64,000 bases of DNA, taken from the IMG/VR virus record IMGVR_UViG_3300009873_000001; one strand, written 5' to 3'. The notes under the pieces are model-generated. The model searched no databases. It saw only the letters and a program-made list of their open reading frames with translations, and was not told where the DNA came from. The translations under genes were made by a program, and so were the position numbers. Numbering within the stretch: position 1 is the first letter of the stretch; each line of letters begins with the position of its first letter. Positions 37,744 through 49,580 of this stretch are shown in pieces. This stretch comes from a virus (taxonomy: Duplodnaviria > Caudoviricetes).

Positions 37744-39774
37744 ATGAAGCTCTGTTTGAACGGAATCGTCAAGAACGAATCGCACCGGATCGAGCGCATG
37801 CTCAAGAGCGTGGCTCCGTACATCGACAGCGCGGCAATCCTCGACACGGGGTCGACCGACGGCACGCCGGACAAGATCGCTGACTTCTTCACGGCCCGCA
37901 AGATTCCGTACTTCGTGGGGAGCGGGACGTTCAAGAACTGGAGCCAGGCCAGGAACGACGCGCTCGAGCTGGGCCGCACCAAGAGCGACGCGGACTATCT
38001 GTTTCTGGTCGACGCGGACATGGAGCTGGTCGTCAAAGACAGCGCGTGGAAGGAGAAGCTCTCTGCGCACGCCTACGATATCGTGCAGCACTCAGGGTCT
38101 CTCAACTATCCGAACGTGCGGCTCGTCAGGCGGGTCGGTAGAGCGAAGTACATCGGAGTGACCCACGAGTTCATGGACACCGGAGAGCTGGCGGTGCGGC
38201 TCGAGGGCGTGCATTTCATAGACCACGCGGACGGGGCGAACCGCCCCGGGAAGTTCGACCGAGACATAGCCTTGCTGCTCGAAGGGCTGAAAGACGAGCC
38301 GGGTAACGGTCGCTACATGTACTACCTGGCGCAGTCGTACAGAGACAGCGGGAGACACCAGGAGGCCGCCGATTGGTACAAGCGGCGCGCAGGCCTCGAG
38401 CACGGCTGGGAGGAAGAGGGCTGGGACGCCCAGCTCAACTACGCGCTGCAGCTGAAGAAGCTAGGTGACGAGCGCGGGTTCGTGTACGAAATGCTCCGCG
38501 CTTTCGATCGCCGTCAGCACCGCGCTGAGCCGCTCTACGAGCTGGCCAAGCACTACCGTGAGAAGCCGCGCAGCCAGGCCATAGCCAACCTCTTCGCCCA
38601 GGCCGGCCTGAAGCTCTCCTATCCGAAGGGCGACCGTCTGTTCGTGAACCAGCACGTCTACACCGCTGGCCTGCGCGAGGAGTTCTCGATCACCGGCTTC
38701 TACAGCAAGGACGGCGAGGAGCGACAGCAGGCGTTCAAGGTGACCGACGCGCTGTCGCTCGACATGAGCGTCTCCGACTGGAGCCGGCGCCAAGCCAGGC
38801 AGAACATGTTCCACTACCTGCCGAAGCTCAGTGAAGTCTGCCCTTCCTTCAAGGCGACCAAGCTGGACTTCGCGCCTCCTGAGGGCTATGCGGCCATGAA
38901 CCCGTCGCTCGTGACGGTGGCCGGAGAGCAGTTCATAAACGTGCGGTGCGTGAACTACCGCATGGACGACCAAGGCCGCTACCTGATCAGGGGCGAGGAC
39001 GGATCGGTCACGAACAGCAACCCGATCCGCACCCGGAACTTCATAGGGCGTGTTCAGCGCGACGGGCAGGGCGCGTCCGTGGTGAAGGCCAAGGAGTTGC
39101 TCGAACCCAACGCGGTCGCATTCCCGGTCGAGTATCCGCTCGTGGTGGGGCTAGAGGACGTGCGGCTCTTTACTCGCGACGGCGCTCTGCGCGGGATCGC
39201 GAACATACGCCAGCTCTTCAAAGACGGCCTGTGCCGGCAGTACGCGTTCAAAATTTCGGATCTCTCTGACGAGAGTGGCGCATGCCGTGTCATGGGTCTG
39301 CGCCACATTCCTGGGGTCACCCCTGGCGCGCACGAAAAGAACTGGATGCCGATCACGAACGGCTACGGCGACAAGCCGTCCTTCGTCTACATGGTCGGCC
39401 AGGTCATAGACGAGGACGGCGGCTTCAAGAAGCACGAGACCGGCTCTCTCGACATTCACCGCCTGCGGGGCGGCGGGCAGGTCGTGCCGCTCGCGGGCGG
39501 ATACCTGGCGATCGTGCATGAGGCCGACGCGCGGCCCGGCGGTGGCCCGCGTTACTACTGGCACCGCTGGGTTCAGTTCGACAGCGACATGAAGCCGATC
39601 GCGGTCAGTTTGCCGTTCTGCTTCCTCGACAAGGTGATCGAGTTCGCTGCCGGCCTGTGCTGGTCCGGAGGTAACGAGCTCATGGTCTCATTCGGGTTCA
39701 AGGACTGCGAGCCGTGGATCGGAACCGTGAGCGCCATTGAGGTCCAAAGGTCGTTGTGCCGATCCTTGCTGTAA
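37744..39774 (+). CDS. GT2 glycosyltransferase-TPR-glycosidase-like propeller fusion
   Basis: IVKNE, DTGSTDGT, ARN, DAD, THE; TPR YYLAQSYRD; C-terminal NPS, GLEDVRL, EKNWMP, IEFAAGL. Confidence 0.85.
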   Translation: MKLCLNGIVKNESHRIERMLKSVAPYIDSAAILDTGSTDGTPDKIADFFTARKIPYFVGSGTFKNWSQARNDALELGRTKSDADYLFLVDADMELVVKDSAWKEKLSAHAYDIVQHSGSLNYPNVRLVRRVGRAKYIGVTHEFMDTGELAVRLEGVHFIDHADGANRPGKFDRDIALLLEGLKDEPGNGRYMYYLAQSYRDSGRHQEAADWYKRRAGLEHGWEEEGWDAQLNYALQLKKLGDERGFVYEMLRAFDRRQHRAEPLYELAKHYREKPRSQAIANLFAQAGLKLSYPKGDRLFVNQHVYTAGLREEFSITGFYSKDGEERQQAFKVTDALSLDMSVSDWSRRQARQNMFHYLPKLSEVCPSFKATKLDFAPPEGYAAMNPSLVTVAGEQFINVRCVNYRMDDQGRYLIRGEDGSVTNSNPIRTRNFIGRVQRDGQGASVVKAKELLEPNAVAFPVEYPLVVGLEDVRLFTRDGALRGIANIRQLFKDGLCRQYAFKISDLSDESGACRVMGLRHIPGVTPGAHEKNWMPITNGYGDKPSFVYMVGQVIDEDGGFKKHETGSLDIHRLRGGGQVVPLAGGYLAIVHEADARPGGGPRYYWHRWVQFDSDMKPIAVSLPFCFLDKVIEFAAGLCWSGGNELMVSFGFKDCEPWIGTVSAIEVQRSLCRSLL

Positions 39775-40430
39775 CCGGGTTCGTGCCGATCCCGGGGCAC
39801 CCTCGCTCCAGAGAGGACTACGAACGGCTCGGGGAGGGGTTCTCGCAGGTCCGCCCCAGGCCGGTGAAAATGTTCACCGACCTGGAGGAGTGTTGGCTCT
39901 ACAAGGCGGCGCACGGGCGCGGTACGCAACACCGGGGGGGCGACAACCCCAAGAAGAATACGCTCGCTTATCACGCCGTGCAGCACGAGAAGCTCGCGTG
40001 GCTGGCGAAGGCGGCGGAGCTGCACCCGGAAGCCGACGTGTTGGCGTGGATCGATTATGGAGTCTTTCACCTGCCCAGCGTGACGCCTCTCATGATCAGC
40101 GACTACCTGAAGGTGGCGGCTTGTGAGCACGAGATCGCCATACCAGGGTGCTGGGACGAGGCCTTTGCGGCGCAATGGAGCCCGGACGAGAACTATCCGT
40201 TCTGGCGCTTTTGCGGCGGCGCGTTCGTGTGCCACCGCAGTCATGTAGCGGCCTTTCATACAGCGGTGAGAGAGGCTGCGCTGGCACGGTTGGACAAGAC
40301 CGGTTTCGTGACCTGGGAGGTCAACGACTGGCGAAAGGTCGAAGAGTCGAGGACTCTGCCGATACGCTGGTATCACGCAGACCACGACCACACCATGTTC
40401 ACCAACTACAAGAGCGGCAGGGAAGGCTAG
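39756..40430 (+). CDS. HtrL/YibB-like putative glycosyltransferase
   Basis: AWIDYG, WRFCGG, TWEVN, WYHADHD. Confidence 0.7.
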   Translation: MPILAVTGFVPIPGHPRSREDYERLGEGFSQVRPRPVKMFTDLEECWLYKAAHGRGTQHRGGDNPKKNTLAYHAVQHEKLAWLAKAAELHPEADVLAWIDYGVFHLPSVTPLMISDYLKVAACEHEIAIPGCWDEAFAAQWSPDENYPFWRFCGGAFVCHRSHVAAFHTAVREAALARLDKTGFVTWEVNDWRKVEESRTLPIRWYHADHDHTMFTNYKSGREG

Positions 40431-40438
40431 GGAGAAGC

Positions 40439-41746
40439 GTGAAAGTAATGGCGGTGACCGGGTATATCCGCAACGCGTTCCCGGCGAAGCACCTGTCAGT
40501 AGAGCAGTTCGTCAAGCTGGGAGATCGGTTGAAGGCGGCCATTCCCGGCAAGATCCACGCCTTTGAGGACTCGGCGCTCAAAGACTGCTGGGCGTGGCCG
40601 CTCATGGAGGAGAATCCGTCGCTCCTGCCTTCCGACAGCAACCCACCCGCCGATCGCTACCTCGAGCCCAGGCACGCAGCCATATCGAACATAGTCCTGC
40701 TGCAGCGGTACGAGTGGATGCGCCGGGCGGGGGAGATCTACCCGGACGTCGACGTGTTCGCCTGGATCGAGTACTCGGTCCTCAAGCAGCGGAATGTCAC
40801 TGAGCAGGTGATCCAGCAGTTCATGCAACAGCTCGAGGCGACGTCGTTCGACGCCGTGTCTCTCCCTGGTGTATGGCAGAAGGGACCGATCGACGACTCT
40901 CAGGCCCACTGGCGCTTCTGTGGGTCTTGCTGGGTCTGTCCACGGAAGTACCTCGACGGCGTCTTCAATGCGGTTCGTACAGTGGCGACGCTCCGCACCA
41001 GAATGACCGGGAAGATCTCCTGGGACATGAACACCATGGCTTACGTGGAGCTGCTCGACGTGCTCCCGATCCGGTGGTACTTGGCCGGCCATGACCAGAC
41101 TCAGTTCACGAACTACTCACTCACGCCGCTGTGCGAACTGGCCAGGAAGTACCAGACCGACAAGGGTGGGTGGCACTTGATGTACGGCGGGGCGTCCGGG
41201 GACACCTGCCATAACTACACGCCGACCTACTACGAAATGCTCAAAAGCAGGAGGGAGGGCGTCCGGCGCGTGCTCGAGATCGGCGTGCATACCGGCAGCT
41301 CGCTGCGCATGTGGAGAGAGTTCTTCCCGAACGCCAGGATCTTCGGGATCGATATCAACCCGAACTCCATGTTCAAGGAGGACAGGATCTCCTGCGCCCT
41401 CGCGGACCAATCGAGCCGAGAGTCGCTGCTCAGAGCTGTGGAAGCGTTCGGGCCAGAGCCGTTCGACTTGATCATAGAGGACGGCTCCCACGAACTACAG
41501 CACCAGGTCGTCACCGCGAACACGCTGCTGCCGTTCGTGGCCAAGGGGGGCTTCTACGTGGTCGAGGACATAGACTACGACTGCAAGCCCGAGCTCGTCT
41601 CTAAGGGCATTACGCCGCCGTCGGGCGAGTTTGAGCTGCAGTACGTGAAGACCGGCAAGGGGATCGGGAAGGCCAAGTGCAACCCAGCGTGTCCGTACTG
41701 CAAGGGATCCGAGGGCGAGTGCCTCATTGTCTACCATCGTCGATAA
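40439..41746 (+). CDS. HtrL-like domain fused to class I SAM methyltransferase
   Basis: AWIEYS, WRFCGS, WYLAGHD; then TDKGG..HNYTPTY, VLEIGV, GIDI, DLIIEDGSH. Confidence 0.8.
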   Translation: MKVMAVTGYIRNAFPAKHLSVEQFVKLGDRLKAAIPGKIHAFEDSALKDCWAWPLMEENPSLLPSDSNPPADRYLEPRHAAISNIVLLQRYEWMRRAGEIYPDVDVFAWIEYSVLKQRNVTEQVIQQFMQQLEATSFDAVSLPGVWQKGPIDDSQAHWRFCGSCWVCPRKYLDGVFNAVRTVATLRTRMTGKISWDMNTMAYVELLDVLPIRWYLAGHDQTQFTNYSLTPLCELARKYQTDKGGWHLMYGGASGDTCHNYTPTYYEMLKSRREGVRRVLEIGVHTGSSLRMWREFFPNARIFGIDINPNSMFKEDRISCALADQSSRESLLRAVEAFGPEPFDLIIEDGSHELQHQVVTANTLLPFVAKGGFYVVEDIDYDCKPELVSKGITPPSGEFELQYVKTGKGIGKAKCNPACPYCKGSEGECLIVYHRR

Positions 41747-41767
41747 GAGTCACCGCAGGTGAGAAGC

Positions 41768-42424
41768 ATGCCTGAGCGCGAAATGACTGCCCTGTGCGAG
41801 TTGGCGCTGAAGCACAAGACCGACAAAGGCGGTTGGCACACCTTCGCTGGAGACACCTGCCACAACTACACGCCGATCTATCACGCTGTCTTCGGCCAGC
41901 GCCGGCACGAGGTTCGTCGGGTGCTCGAGGTCGGCGTCAATCACGGTAGCTCTCTCCGCATGTGGCAAGAGTATTTTCCGTTCGCCGAGATCTTTGGCCT
42001 CGACCTCAGGCCAGAGTGCTTGTTTCGGGAGGAGAGGATCTGCTGCTTCCAAGCCGACCAAGGAAACCCAGACAGCCTCCGCGTAGCTGTGGCCCAGACC
42101 GGCGGCAGGCCGTTCGATCTCATAGTCGACGACGGGTCTCACATTCGGCAGCACCAGGTAGTCACCGCCAACACGCTCATTCACTACCTGGCCCAGGGCG
42201 GTTCGTTCTTCACCGAGGACCTGGCCGGTCCTTACGCCGCTGAGATTACCTGTAGGCCCGACCTGCTGGCCGCGGAAATGATCATTCCGGACTGGTTCGC
42301 TTGGCGTGGCTGGTCTGCCGGGGACGGAATCGGGCGCGCTCGGTGCAAGCCGCACTGCCAAAGCTGTAAGGGCCAAGGCGGCGAGTATCTGCTCGAGATA
42401 CGCCGTGCGGAGGCTGATCGATAG
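41768..42424 (+). CDS. Class I SAM-dependent (sugar O-) methyltransferase
   Basis: TDKGG..HNYTPIY, VLEVGV, DLIVDDGSH; paralog of upstream domain. Confidence 0.85.
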   Translation: MPEREMTALCELALKHKTDKGGWHTFAGDTCHNYTPIYHAVFGQRRHEVRRVLEVGVNHGSSLRMWQEYFPFAEIFGLDLRPECLFREERICCFQADQGNPDSLRVAVAQTGGRPFDLIVDDGSHIRQHQVVTANTLIHYLAQGGSFFTEDLAGPYAAEITCRPDLLAAEMIIPDWFAWRGWSAGDGIGRARCKPHCQSCKGQGGEYLLEIRRAEADR

Positions 42425-42531
42425 CCAGTTGATCTCTCGGAATGTGGCAAGAACCTGCCCTCGGGTTAGGGTCGGTAGAGAGTGAAGCGCCCGCCTGTCT
42501 GCGGCGCTCGCCCGCTTCGAGGGAGGACCCA

Positions 42532-43887
<1,356 letters not shown>

Positions 43888-43924
43888 GCGCCGTAGACCG
43901 GCATAGAACTCAGGAGGGTGGACG

Positions 43925-44875
43925 ATGGTCGCTGAGAACTATTTCGTTTCCAACCTCCTGGGCACTACCAGGTCGAGGTTCGTTTACAACGCCGCCAGTC
44001 CGGCCGACGCGGCTCAGTTGGCGGCGATTGGCAACGAACTCTACTCCCAAACGCCAGCCGGCGTGCCTACTCAGACTGAAACAGCTGATATCGCGTTCGG
44101 GTTCGGGAGCGCGTTTTACTATGTGAACCAGTTCTCCATGCGGTCCAGGCCATGGCTTGGACAGCAGGGCCAACTGGCCGCCCCGTTCTACAGCGAGACG
44201 GTGGTCGGGAATGGCCTCCTGAAAGCCACTCAGCCTGGCTTTGAAGGTGGCGCCGGCCCTGTGTTCGGCAATGTGGACGTCTCAACCGGGGCCGGAGTCG
44301 CTGCCAGACTCTCTCTGACTGGTACAGCTCTGCGCTGGTACGGCGTCAGGAGCCTAGTCGCAGTTCCGGGGCTCGGTGAGGTCACTCAGGGGGTCGGGCG
44401 CTCCTCAATCTTGTTCGCCAGAATCGCCGTCCCGTTCACGCTTGATCAATCCTTCTTCGTCGGTGGCCTAGCAGACGTGAGCGGCGCGCTGGCCAGCGGC
44501 CCCGACCCGTCAGCCGCGGCCATGAGCGGAGCCATGGCGATCGTGAAGCTAGCCGGGGATCCGACCTGGAACGCCTTCGCTCGAGCTCCGGGTTCGGCGG
44601 CAACGACCAAGGTGGCGATCGGACCGGTGGTGGCTACGGGGACTGTGTATCAACTGCTGATCGAGACCGCTGACACGTCCGGCGCTGTGCGCTTCACCGT
44701 CATGGACGACGCCACCAACACGATACTAGGCCAGACAGTGTTCGCCGCAGCGGCCTTTGGCGCGGGGCTGCACCACTATCACTTCGACGTGGGGGCGTTC
44801 ACCGGAGTGGCGGCGGCTCGAGAGTTCGATCTGTTCAGCGCGGGCGCTGTCCGGAACGATACGTTCAAGATCTAG
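43925..44875 (+). CDS. Spike/lectin-like protein A1
   Basis: MVAEN start; paralog of 48644. Confidence 0.7.
   Translation: MVAENYFVSNLLGTTRSRFVYNAASPADAAQLAAIGNELYSQTPAGVPTQTETADIAFGFGSAFYYVNQFSMRSRPWLGQQGQLAAPFYSETVVGNGLLKATQPGFEGGAGPVFGNVDVSTGAGVAARLSLTGTALRWYGVRSLVAVPGLGEVTQGVGRSSILFARIAVPFTLDQSFFVGGLADVSGALASGPDPSAAAMSGAMAIVKLAGDPTWNAFARAPGSAATTKVAIGPVVATGTVYQLLIETADTSGAVRFTVMDDATNTILGQTVFAAAAFGAGLHHYHFDVGAFTGVAAAREFDLFSAGAVRNDTFKI
44473..44598 (+). repeat. 126-bp near-identical repeat, copy 1
   Basis: One mismatch versus 49174-49299. Confidence 0.9.
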
Positions 44876-44897
44876 CTGAGTAAGGCAAGGAGAGATC

Positions 44898-45809
44898 ATG
44901 CCACCACCTCGCCTGATTACGGCCTCAGAGGGCACAACTGACCTAGGGCTCATTGCGAAGCTTTTGGTCGACGGTCTGGATCCGCAAGTTGCCGCGGTGC
45001 AGATCAGGGCCTCGATCCTAGAGGTCAGCAGCGCTAGTCGGGACAACGCACTCGGGATCAGCGGCTTCGATCCGCTTGTGGCTCTGGGCGACGAGACAAT
45101 AGACGGGACCACTTCGCGTTCGATCGTTCCTGCGTACACTCAGTACCTGTACGGAGCAGGTCCGTTCAATGGAGTTCGCATTGGTCGCCAGTGGGTGGCC
45201 GTTGGTTCAGGCGCGATCCTGACGTTTGACGGAGATCACGGCACTGCTGACACGGTCGCCTCCGGACCTGCTCCGATTGCGATTGGGGTCTATCCATTCT
45301 CGACTGCTGTGCCACAGCTTGACTGGGTCAGCACGCAGTCGGTGGAGGCCCAAGCGACGCTCACGGTGACCCTAGGCCCGAACCCAGGGAACATAGCCCA
45401 AGTCGGGCTCACGCCTGCCGGAGTCACTGTAGGCGCAGCGCTTGGTGCAGGGGCCGGCGGCGCATTCACCGTTGCCGGAGGGATCGGATTCGAGTGGATC
45501 CCCAGCTCGAGCGCGTTCTGGGAGTTCGTCATCTACAACGCGATCGGGGCAAAGCTCCTTGGGATCTCCACCGGAATCCCAGGCGGGTCGAGAGTCAGGT
45601 ACAGGTTGAGGCGACGTGGTGCGAGCGGGCTTATTTCAGCCAAGATGAGCGACGCCTCCAGCACATTCACATTTGGCCCGGCGGTGGCTCTCTTCGGCTT
45701 CGTGGCGGCGCAGTCCATTTCGAGCCTCTTCCAGGCTCCAGGACCGCCTGGGCCTCCCAGTATCTTGTCTTTGCTCGACAAGTCGGTGGCCAGAATCGTC
45801 GTGGCCTGA
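44898..45809 (+). CDS. Spike/lectin-like protein B1
   Basis: Gly/Ala/Thr-rich beta protein between A1 and C1. Confidence 0.65.
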   Translation: MPPPRLITASEGTTDLGLIAKLLVDGLDPQVAAVQIRASILEVSSASRDNALGISGFDPLVALGDETIDGTTSRSIVPAYTQYLYGAGPFNGVRIGRQWVAVGSGAILTFDGDHGTADTVASGPAPIAIGVYPFSTAVPQLDWVSTQSVEAQATLTVTLGPNPGNIAQVGLTPAGVTVGAALGAGAGGAFTVAGGIGFEWIPSSSAFWEFVIYNAIGAKLLGISTGIPGGSRVRYRLRRRGASGLISAKMSDASSTFTFGPAVALFGFVAAQSISSLFQAPGPPGPPSILSLLDKSVARIVVA

Positions 45810-45821
45810 AAGGCGCAGAGT

Positions 45822-46793
45822 ATGGCTGGCGAGAACTACTACAAGAACATTCGCGGCCTCGTCGGAACCGATTTTCGCATTGCTGCAGCCGCGCCCGCCG
45901 CTACGGCCAAGACATTCGGCGACGACGAAGGCACGGCAATCGAGCTCACGAGCGGGGCCTTCACGATCTTACGAGTTGAAGAGCCGCGCTTCCAGAACGG
46001 AGCGAACTTCGACCTGGTCAACAAGTTGGCCGCGCCTGGCGTGGCGTTGCTCGGGGATATCGGCTATCTCAGTGCTCCGTTCGCCGATCCGTCGATTACG
46101 AATCCGTGCGACGGGATCCTGTTCGGAGCCGTGCCTGGACTAGAAGTCGGGGCTGGCGTGCCGGTGTTTGCTGTGGCCGACATGATGGACGCGGTCAGCG
46201 GACCGTTCACGAGACTGACCTGCAGTGCGGCTGCCAGCAACTGGTTCGGCATTCGAGACACGCTCGGTCTCACGAATAACTTCGTGCGTGGGTTCACGCC
46301 GCGCCAGGCGATCATGAACATGCGCCTGGCTGTGCCGGACTATTCGAGCCTTTCGTTCTTCGTAGGTGGATTCGAGGGGGCAAGCGCTGCTCTATCCTCC
46401 GGCGCTGACCCCACGGCAGCCGGGCTTACCGGGGCTGCGGCCTTTGTCAAACTCGACACCGACGCCAACTGGAACGCGTTCGTCAGACTGCCTGGGTCGG
46501 CAGTGCCAACCAAAATTGACCTGGGCGTCGCGGCCGGAGCAGGGACGGTGTACATCTTCTTGCTTGAGTGCCTTCTGGCAACCGGAGGGGCTGGCAGCAG
46601 CGGAGACGTGCGATTCTCGATCTACAACCTCACAGGATTCACGCTTCTCGGTCAGACCACGATCAGCGGCTTCCCAGCCTTTTCGATTTCCAACTATCTG
46701 TTCACCGCGGGCGCCTTCACGGCCACAGCCGCCTCGCGCTCCATGGACGTCTACAACGCCATGGTCGTGCAGCAGAACAGCTTCGACGCCTAG
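45822..46793 (+). CDS. Spike/lectin-like protein C1
   Basis: MAGEN start; paralog of 50517 and of the A proteins. Confidence 0.7.
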   Translation: MAGENYYKNIRGLVGTDFRIAAAAPAATAKTFGDDEGTAIELTSGAFTILRVEEPRFQNGANFDLVNKLAAPGVALLGDIGYLSAPFADPSITNPCDGILFGAVPGLEVGAGVPVFAVADMMDAVSGPFTRLTCSAAASNWFGIRDTLGLTNNFVRGFTPRQAIMNMRLAVPDYSSLSFFVGGFEGASAALSSGADPTAAGLTGAAAFVKLDTDANWNAFVRLPGSAVPTKIDLGVAAGAGTVYIFLLECLLATGGAGSSGDVRFSIYNLTGFTLLGQTTISGFPAFSISNYLFTAGAFTATAASRSMDVYNAMVVQQNSFDA

Positions 46794-48484
46794 TTCCCGG
46801 TCAGGCCAGCCGCCGTCAGGCCGTCGGCCTGCGCCAGCTCGCGCAGCCAGGCTGGAAACGGCTGAAGCGCCTGCATGAAGCCCTCGGGCGTGGAGTTCAG
46901 CGCGCGCTGCCGGTAGTCGGCCAACTCGAAGGCAGATACACCCGCGTCACCAGGCCTGGCGGCAAGAATCAACTGCCTGAGTTCATACATGGTCTTGTAG
47001 GCCTTGTGGATTCTGCCTGGCGATCCGCCGTGAACGTCGCTCAACAACTTGTCTGCTGGCTTGAGGTCTAGATATTGACGGTGATTGATCCTGGCCTCAA
47101 GTAAGTCAGCAAGGCTGGCAAGTGACCCTGGAGCCTCCGGGGCCGGCCATGAATTCTCGCCCCAGCGAACGTGCATGTACGAATTGATCACGACAGGGGG
47201 AGCCTCGCCGGCCTTGACGAGCCACTCCAAGTCAGCGCGGGCAGCTGGATCTTCGAGTTTGGCTGGAACGTACAGCCTGATCAGGCGCGCGACCTTGTTC
47301 TGCGGGTCTAGTTCCACAGCGCGGTCCAGCGGGGGCAAGGACTCCTCCATCTTGCCGAGATCCTGCAGCGCCCCGGCCTTGACAATCAAGGCGCTGACGT
47401 AGTCCGGCTCGAGTTTCAACGCGTCCTCAGCCCTTTCGAGCAGCACACGCGCGAGATCCGGCGAAGCGGTCCAACCGTAAACCCGTTCCTCCATGCGTTC
47501 AGGGATCAGAATCCTGGCTTGCTCGGCTGGGCTCCCGGAGAGCGGCTCCTCGAGCGAACGCTCGGGCTTGAACGCCAGTAGCGCGGCGGCAGCCGCCACG
47601 GTCACTGCGAGCGCGACGAGGAACGCTGGGCGGGCCGGGCGGCGGACATCCGGATCGCGACGCGGCGCCGAGGCAGGTGCAGCCAACGCCTCCGCCAGCT
47701 CTTCGGCGCTCTGCCACCGCCTCGCCGGCTCCTTCTCCAGGCACTTCAGGATCACCGCCTCCAGCCACTCCGGGATCTCCGGCCTGATCGAGCGCGGCGG
47801 CACCGGCGTGCGGTCTAGCACGCCATCGAGCACCTCGATTCCGCTGTTGCCGCGGAAGGGTAGCTCGCCCGTGACGAGCTGGTAGAGCGTGGCGCCGAGG
47901 CCCCACACGTCGGTCCACGGTCCGATCGCGCGCTTGTCGCCGCGGGCCTGCTCGGGCGCCATGAAGGCCGGGGTGCCCATGATCTCGCCCGTCTGCGAGA
48001 GCGAGCGCGAGGCCTTGAGATCGGTGTTCAGGATCTTCACCAGCCCCAGATCGATCACGACCGGCTGGCCGTCGGGCCGGAGGATCACGTTCGCCGGCTT
48101 CAGGTCGCGGTGAATGATCCCGTGCTCGTGGGCGTGGGTGAGAGCGCTGGCGATCTCGCGCCCGATCTGCGCCACCTGATCGGGCGGGAGCGGCCCGTCG
48201 CGGTCGAGCTTCTGCTTCAGCGACTCACCCGGCACCAGCTCCATGGCCAGCCAGGGCTGACCGCGCGCGTTCACGCCGGCTTCCAGAATCTTGGCGATCC
48301 CGGGGTGATCGAGGGTCTGCCCAGCCCTCAGCTCCTGCTGCCAGCGGCGGACCTCCTCGGGGTCGGCGTTGAAGAGGGTCTTCAGCGCGACCTGCTGGCC
48401 GGCCTGGTCGACGGCCAGGTGGACGACGCCCATGCCGCCGCGGGCGAGCTCACGGAGAGGGCGGTGGGGAAGAGTTTTGATCAC
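46790..48484 (-). CDS. Hanks-type Ser/Thr protein kinase with TM and TPR
   Basis: ARGGMGVV, VALK, HRDLKPAN, DLG, GTPAFMAPEQ, DVWGLG; TM then TPR-like repeats; start GTG 48484 inferred. Confidence 0.92.
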   Translation of the reverse strand: MIKTLPHRPLRELARGGMGVVHLAVDQAGQQVALKTLFNADPEEVRRWQQELRAGQTLDHPGIAKILEAGVNARGQPWLAMELVPGESLKQKLDRDGPLPPDQVAQIGREIASALTHAHEHGIIHRDLKPANVILRPDGQPVVIDLGLVKILNTDLKASRSLSQTGEIMGTPAFMAPEQARGDKRAIGPWTDVWGLGATLYQLVTGELPFRGNSGIEVLDGVLDRTPVPPRSIRPEIPEWLEAVILKCLEKEPARRWQSAEELAEALAAPASAPRRDPDVRRPARPAFLVALAVTVAAAAALLAFKPERSLEEPLSGSPAEQARILIPERMEERVYGWTASPDLARVLLERAEDALKLEPDYVSALIVKAGALQDLGKMEESLPPLDRAVELDPQNKVARLIRLYVPAKLEDPAARADLEWLVKAGEAPPVVINSYMHVRWGENSWPAPEAPGSLASLADLLEARINHRQYLDLKPADKLLSDVHGGSPGRIHKAYKTMYELRQLILAARPGDAGVSAFELADYRQRALNSTPEGFMQALQPFPAWLRELAQADGLTAAGLTGN

Positions 48485-48643
48485 ACCCGAAGCATAACCA
48501 CTTTTTGCTGTATCCGCAACCTGTTGCGGCAGATAACTTTGTGATCCAATTGGCTTTGTGGTCAGGGCTGGCCCGCCGTGGAGAATAGGTACTGAAGGCC
48601 GGCAGCCGGCGCGCGCCACGGGCGCAGATGAGGGGAGGCCAGC

Positions 48644-49573
48644 ATGGTCGCTGAGAACTTTTTCAGGGACTGGCGAGGGACGTCTAGGCCAAGCTTCTCC
48701 CTCATTTTGCCCACAGCCTCTTCGCGTCTCACCGCCTCGGCTGGCGAGCTGTTGGTGGAAACCACAGCCGGAGCCCCGGCCTTCCTTGGATCGGCTGACC
48801 TGGATCTGGGCGCCGGGTTCAACGCAGAGGTTGTGAACAAGTTCTCCAACCGCTTCTATCACTTGCTCGGGCAGTACGGCACGGCCACAGCTCCGTTCTT
48901 CGGAGCGACTGTCGTAGGCGACTCGCTCCTCAAGGCCACGCAGCCTGGGTTCGAGGGCGGCGCAGGACCGGTGCTCACCGCCACTGACCTGCCAGGCCCG
49001 GCTACGAACCTGTCGCTGGCCGGCATGGCCGGTCGCTGGTACGGAATGCGCAGCATAGTAGCCGTCCCCGGCGTGGGTGAATTCAGCCGAGGAGTCGGCC
49101 TCGCTGGTTTTCTGTACGCCTCAATCAACATACCCACCACTCTCGACCAGTCTTTCTTCATTGGCGGCTTGGAAGACGTGAGCGGCGCGCTGGCCAGCGG
49201 CCCTGACCCGTCAGCCGCGGCCATGAGCGGAGCCATGGCGATCGTGAAGCTAGCCGGGGATCCGACCTGGAACGCCTTCGCTCGAGCTCCGGGTTCGGCC
49301 GTGCCGTCAAAGATTGCGATCGGTCCGGCAGTGGCCACCGGCACGACCTACCAGCTCTTTATTGAGGCCTCTTCTACTTCCGGCGCCGTGCGCTTCACGG
49401 TTCTAGACGCGGCCTCTACAGTCTTGGGGCAAATCGTGTTTCCCGGCGCTGCGTTCGGAGGCGCCGCCAATCACTATCACTTCAACGTCGGCGCGTACAC
49501 AGCGGTAGCTGCAGCGCGCGATTTCGACTTCTTTAGCATGTCGGCCGTGAGGTTCGACAGCTACGACATTTGA
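48644..49573 (+). CDS. Spike/lectin-like protein A2
   Basis: MVAEN start; LLKATQPGFEGGAGPV shared with A1. Confidence 0.7.
   Translation: MVAENFFRDWRGTSRPSFSLILPTASSRLTASAGELLVETTAGAPAFLGSADLDLGAGFNAEVVNKFSNRFYHLLGQYGTATAPFFGATVVGDSLLKATQPGFEGGAGPVLTATDLPGPATNLSLAGMAGRWYGMRSIVAVPGVGEFSRGVGLAGFLYASINIPTTLDQSFFIGGLEDVSGALASGPDPSAAAMSGAMAIVKLAGDPTWNAFARAPGSAVPSKIAIGPAVATGTTYQLFIEASSTSGAVRFTVLDAASTVLGQIVFPGAAFGGAANHYHFNVGAYTAVAAARDFDFFSMSAVRFDSYDI
49174..49299 (+). repeat. 126-bp near-identical repeat, copy 2
   Basis: Matches 44473-44598. Confidence 0.9.
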
Positions 49574-49580
49574 GGTCAAC

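Noticed and set aside
48485-48862. 126-aa N-terminal extension of the kinase in the ORF track
   Set aside because: Overlaps the divergent gene at 48644 and an AT-richer intergenic stretch; the kinase domain begins right after GTG 48484
44473-49299. 126-bp repeat pair as a diversity-generating retroelement TR/VR
   Set aside because: Single C/T difference, not adenine-specific; both copies are mid-gene; no reverse transcriptase in the window
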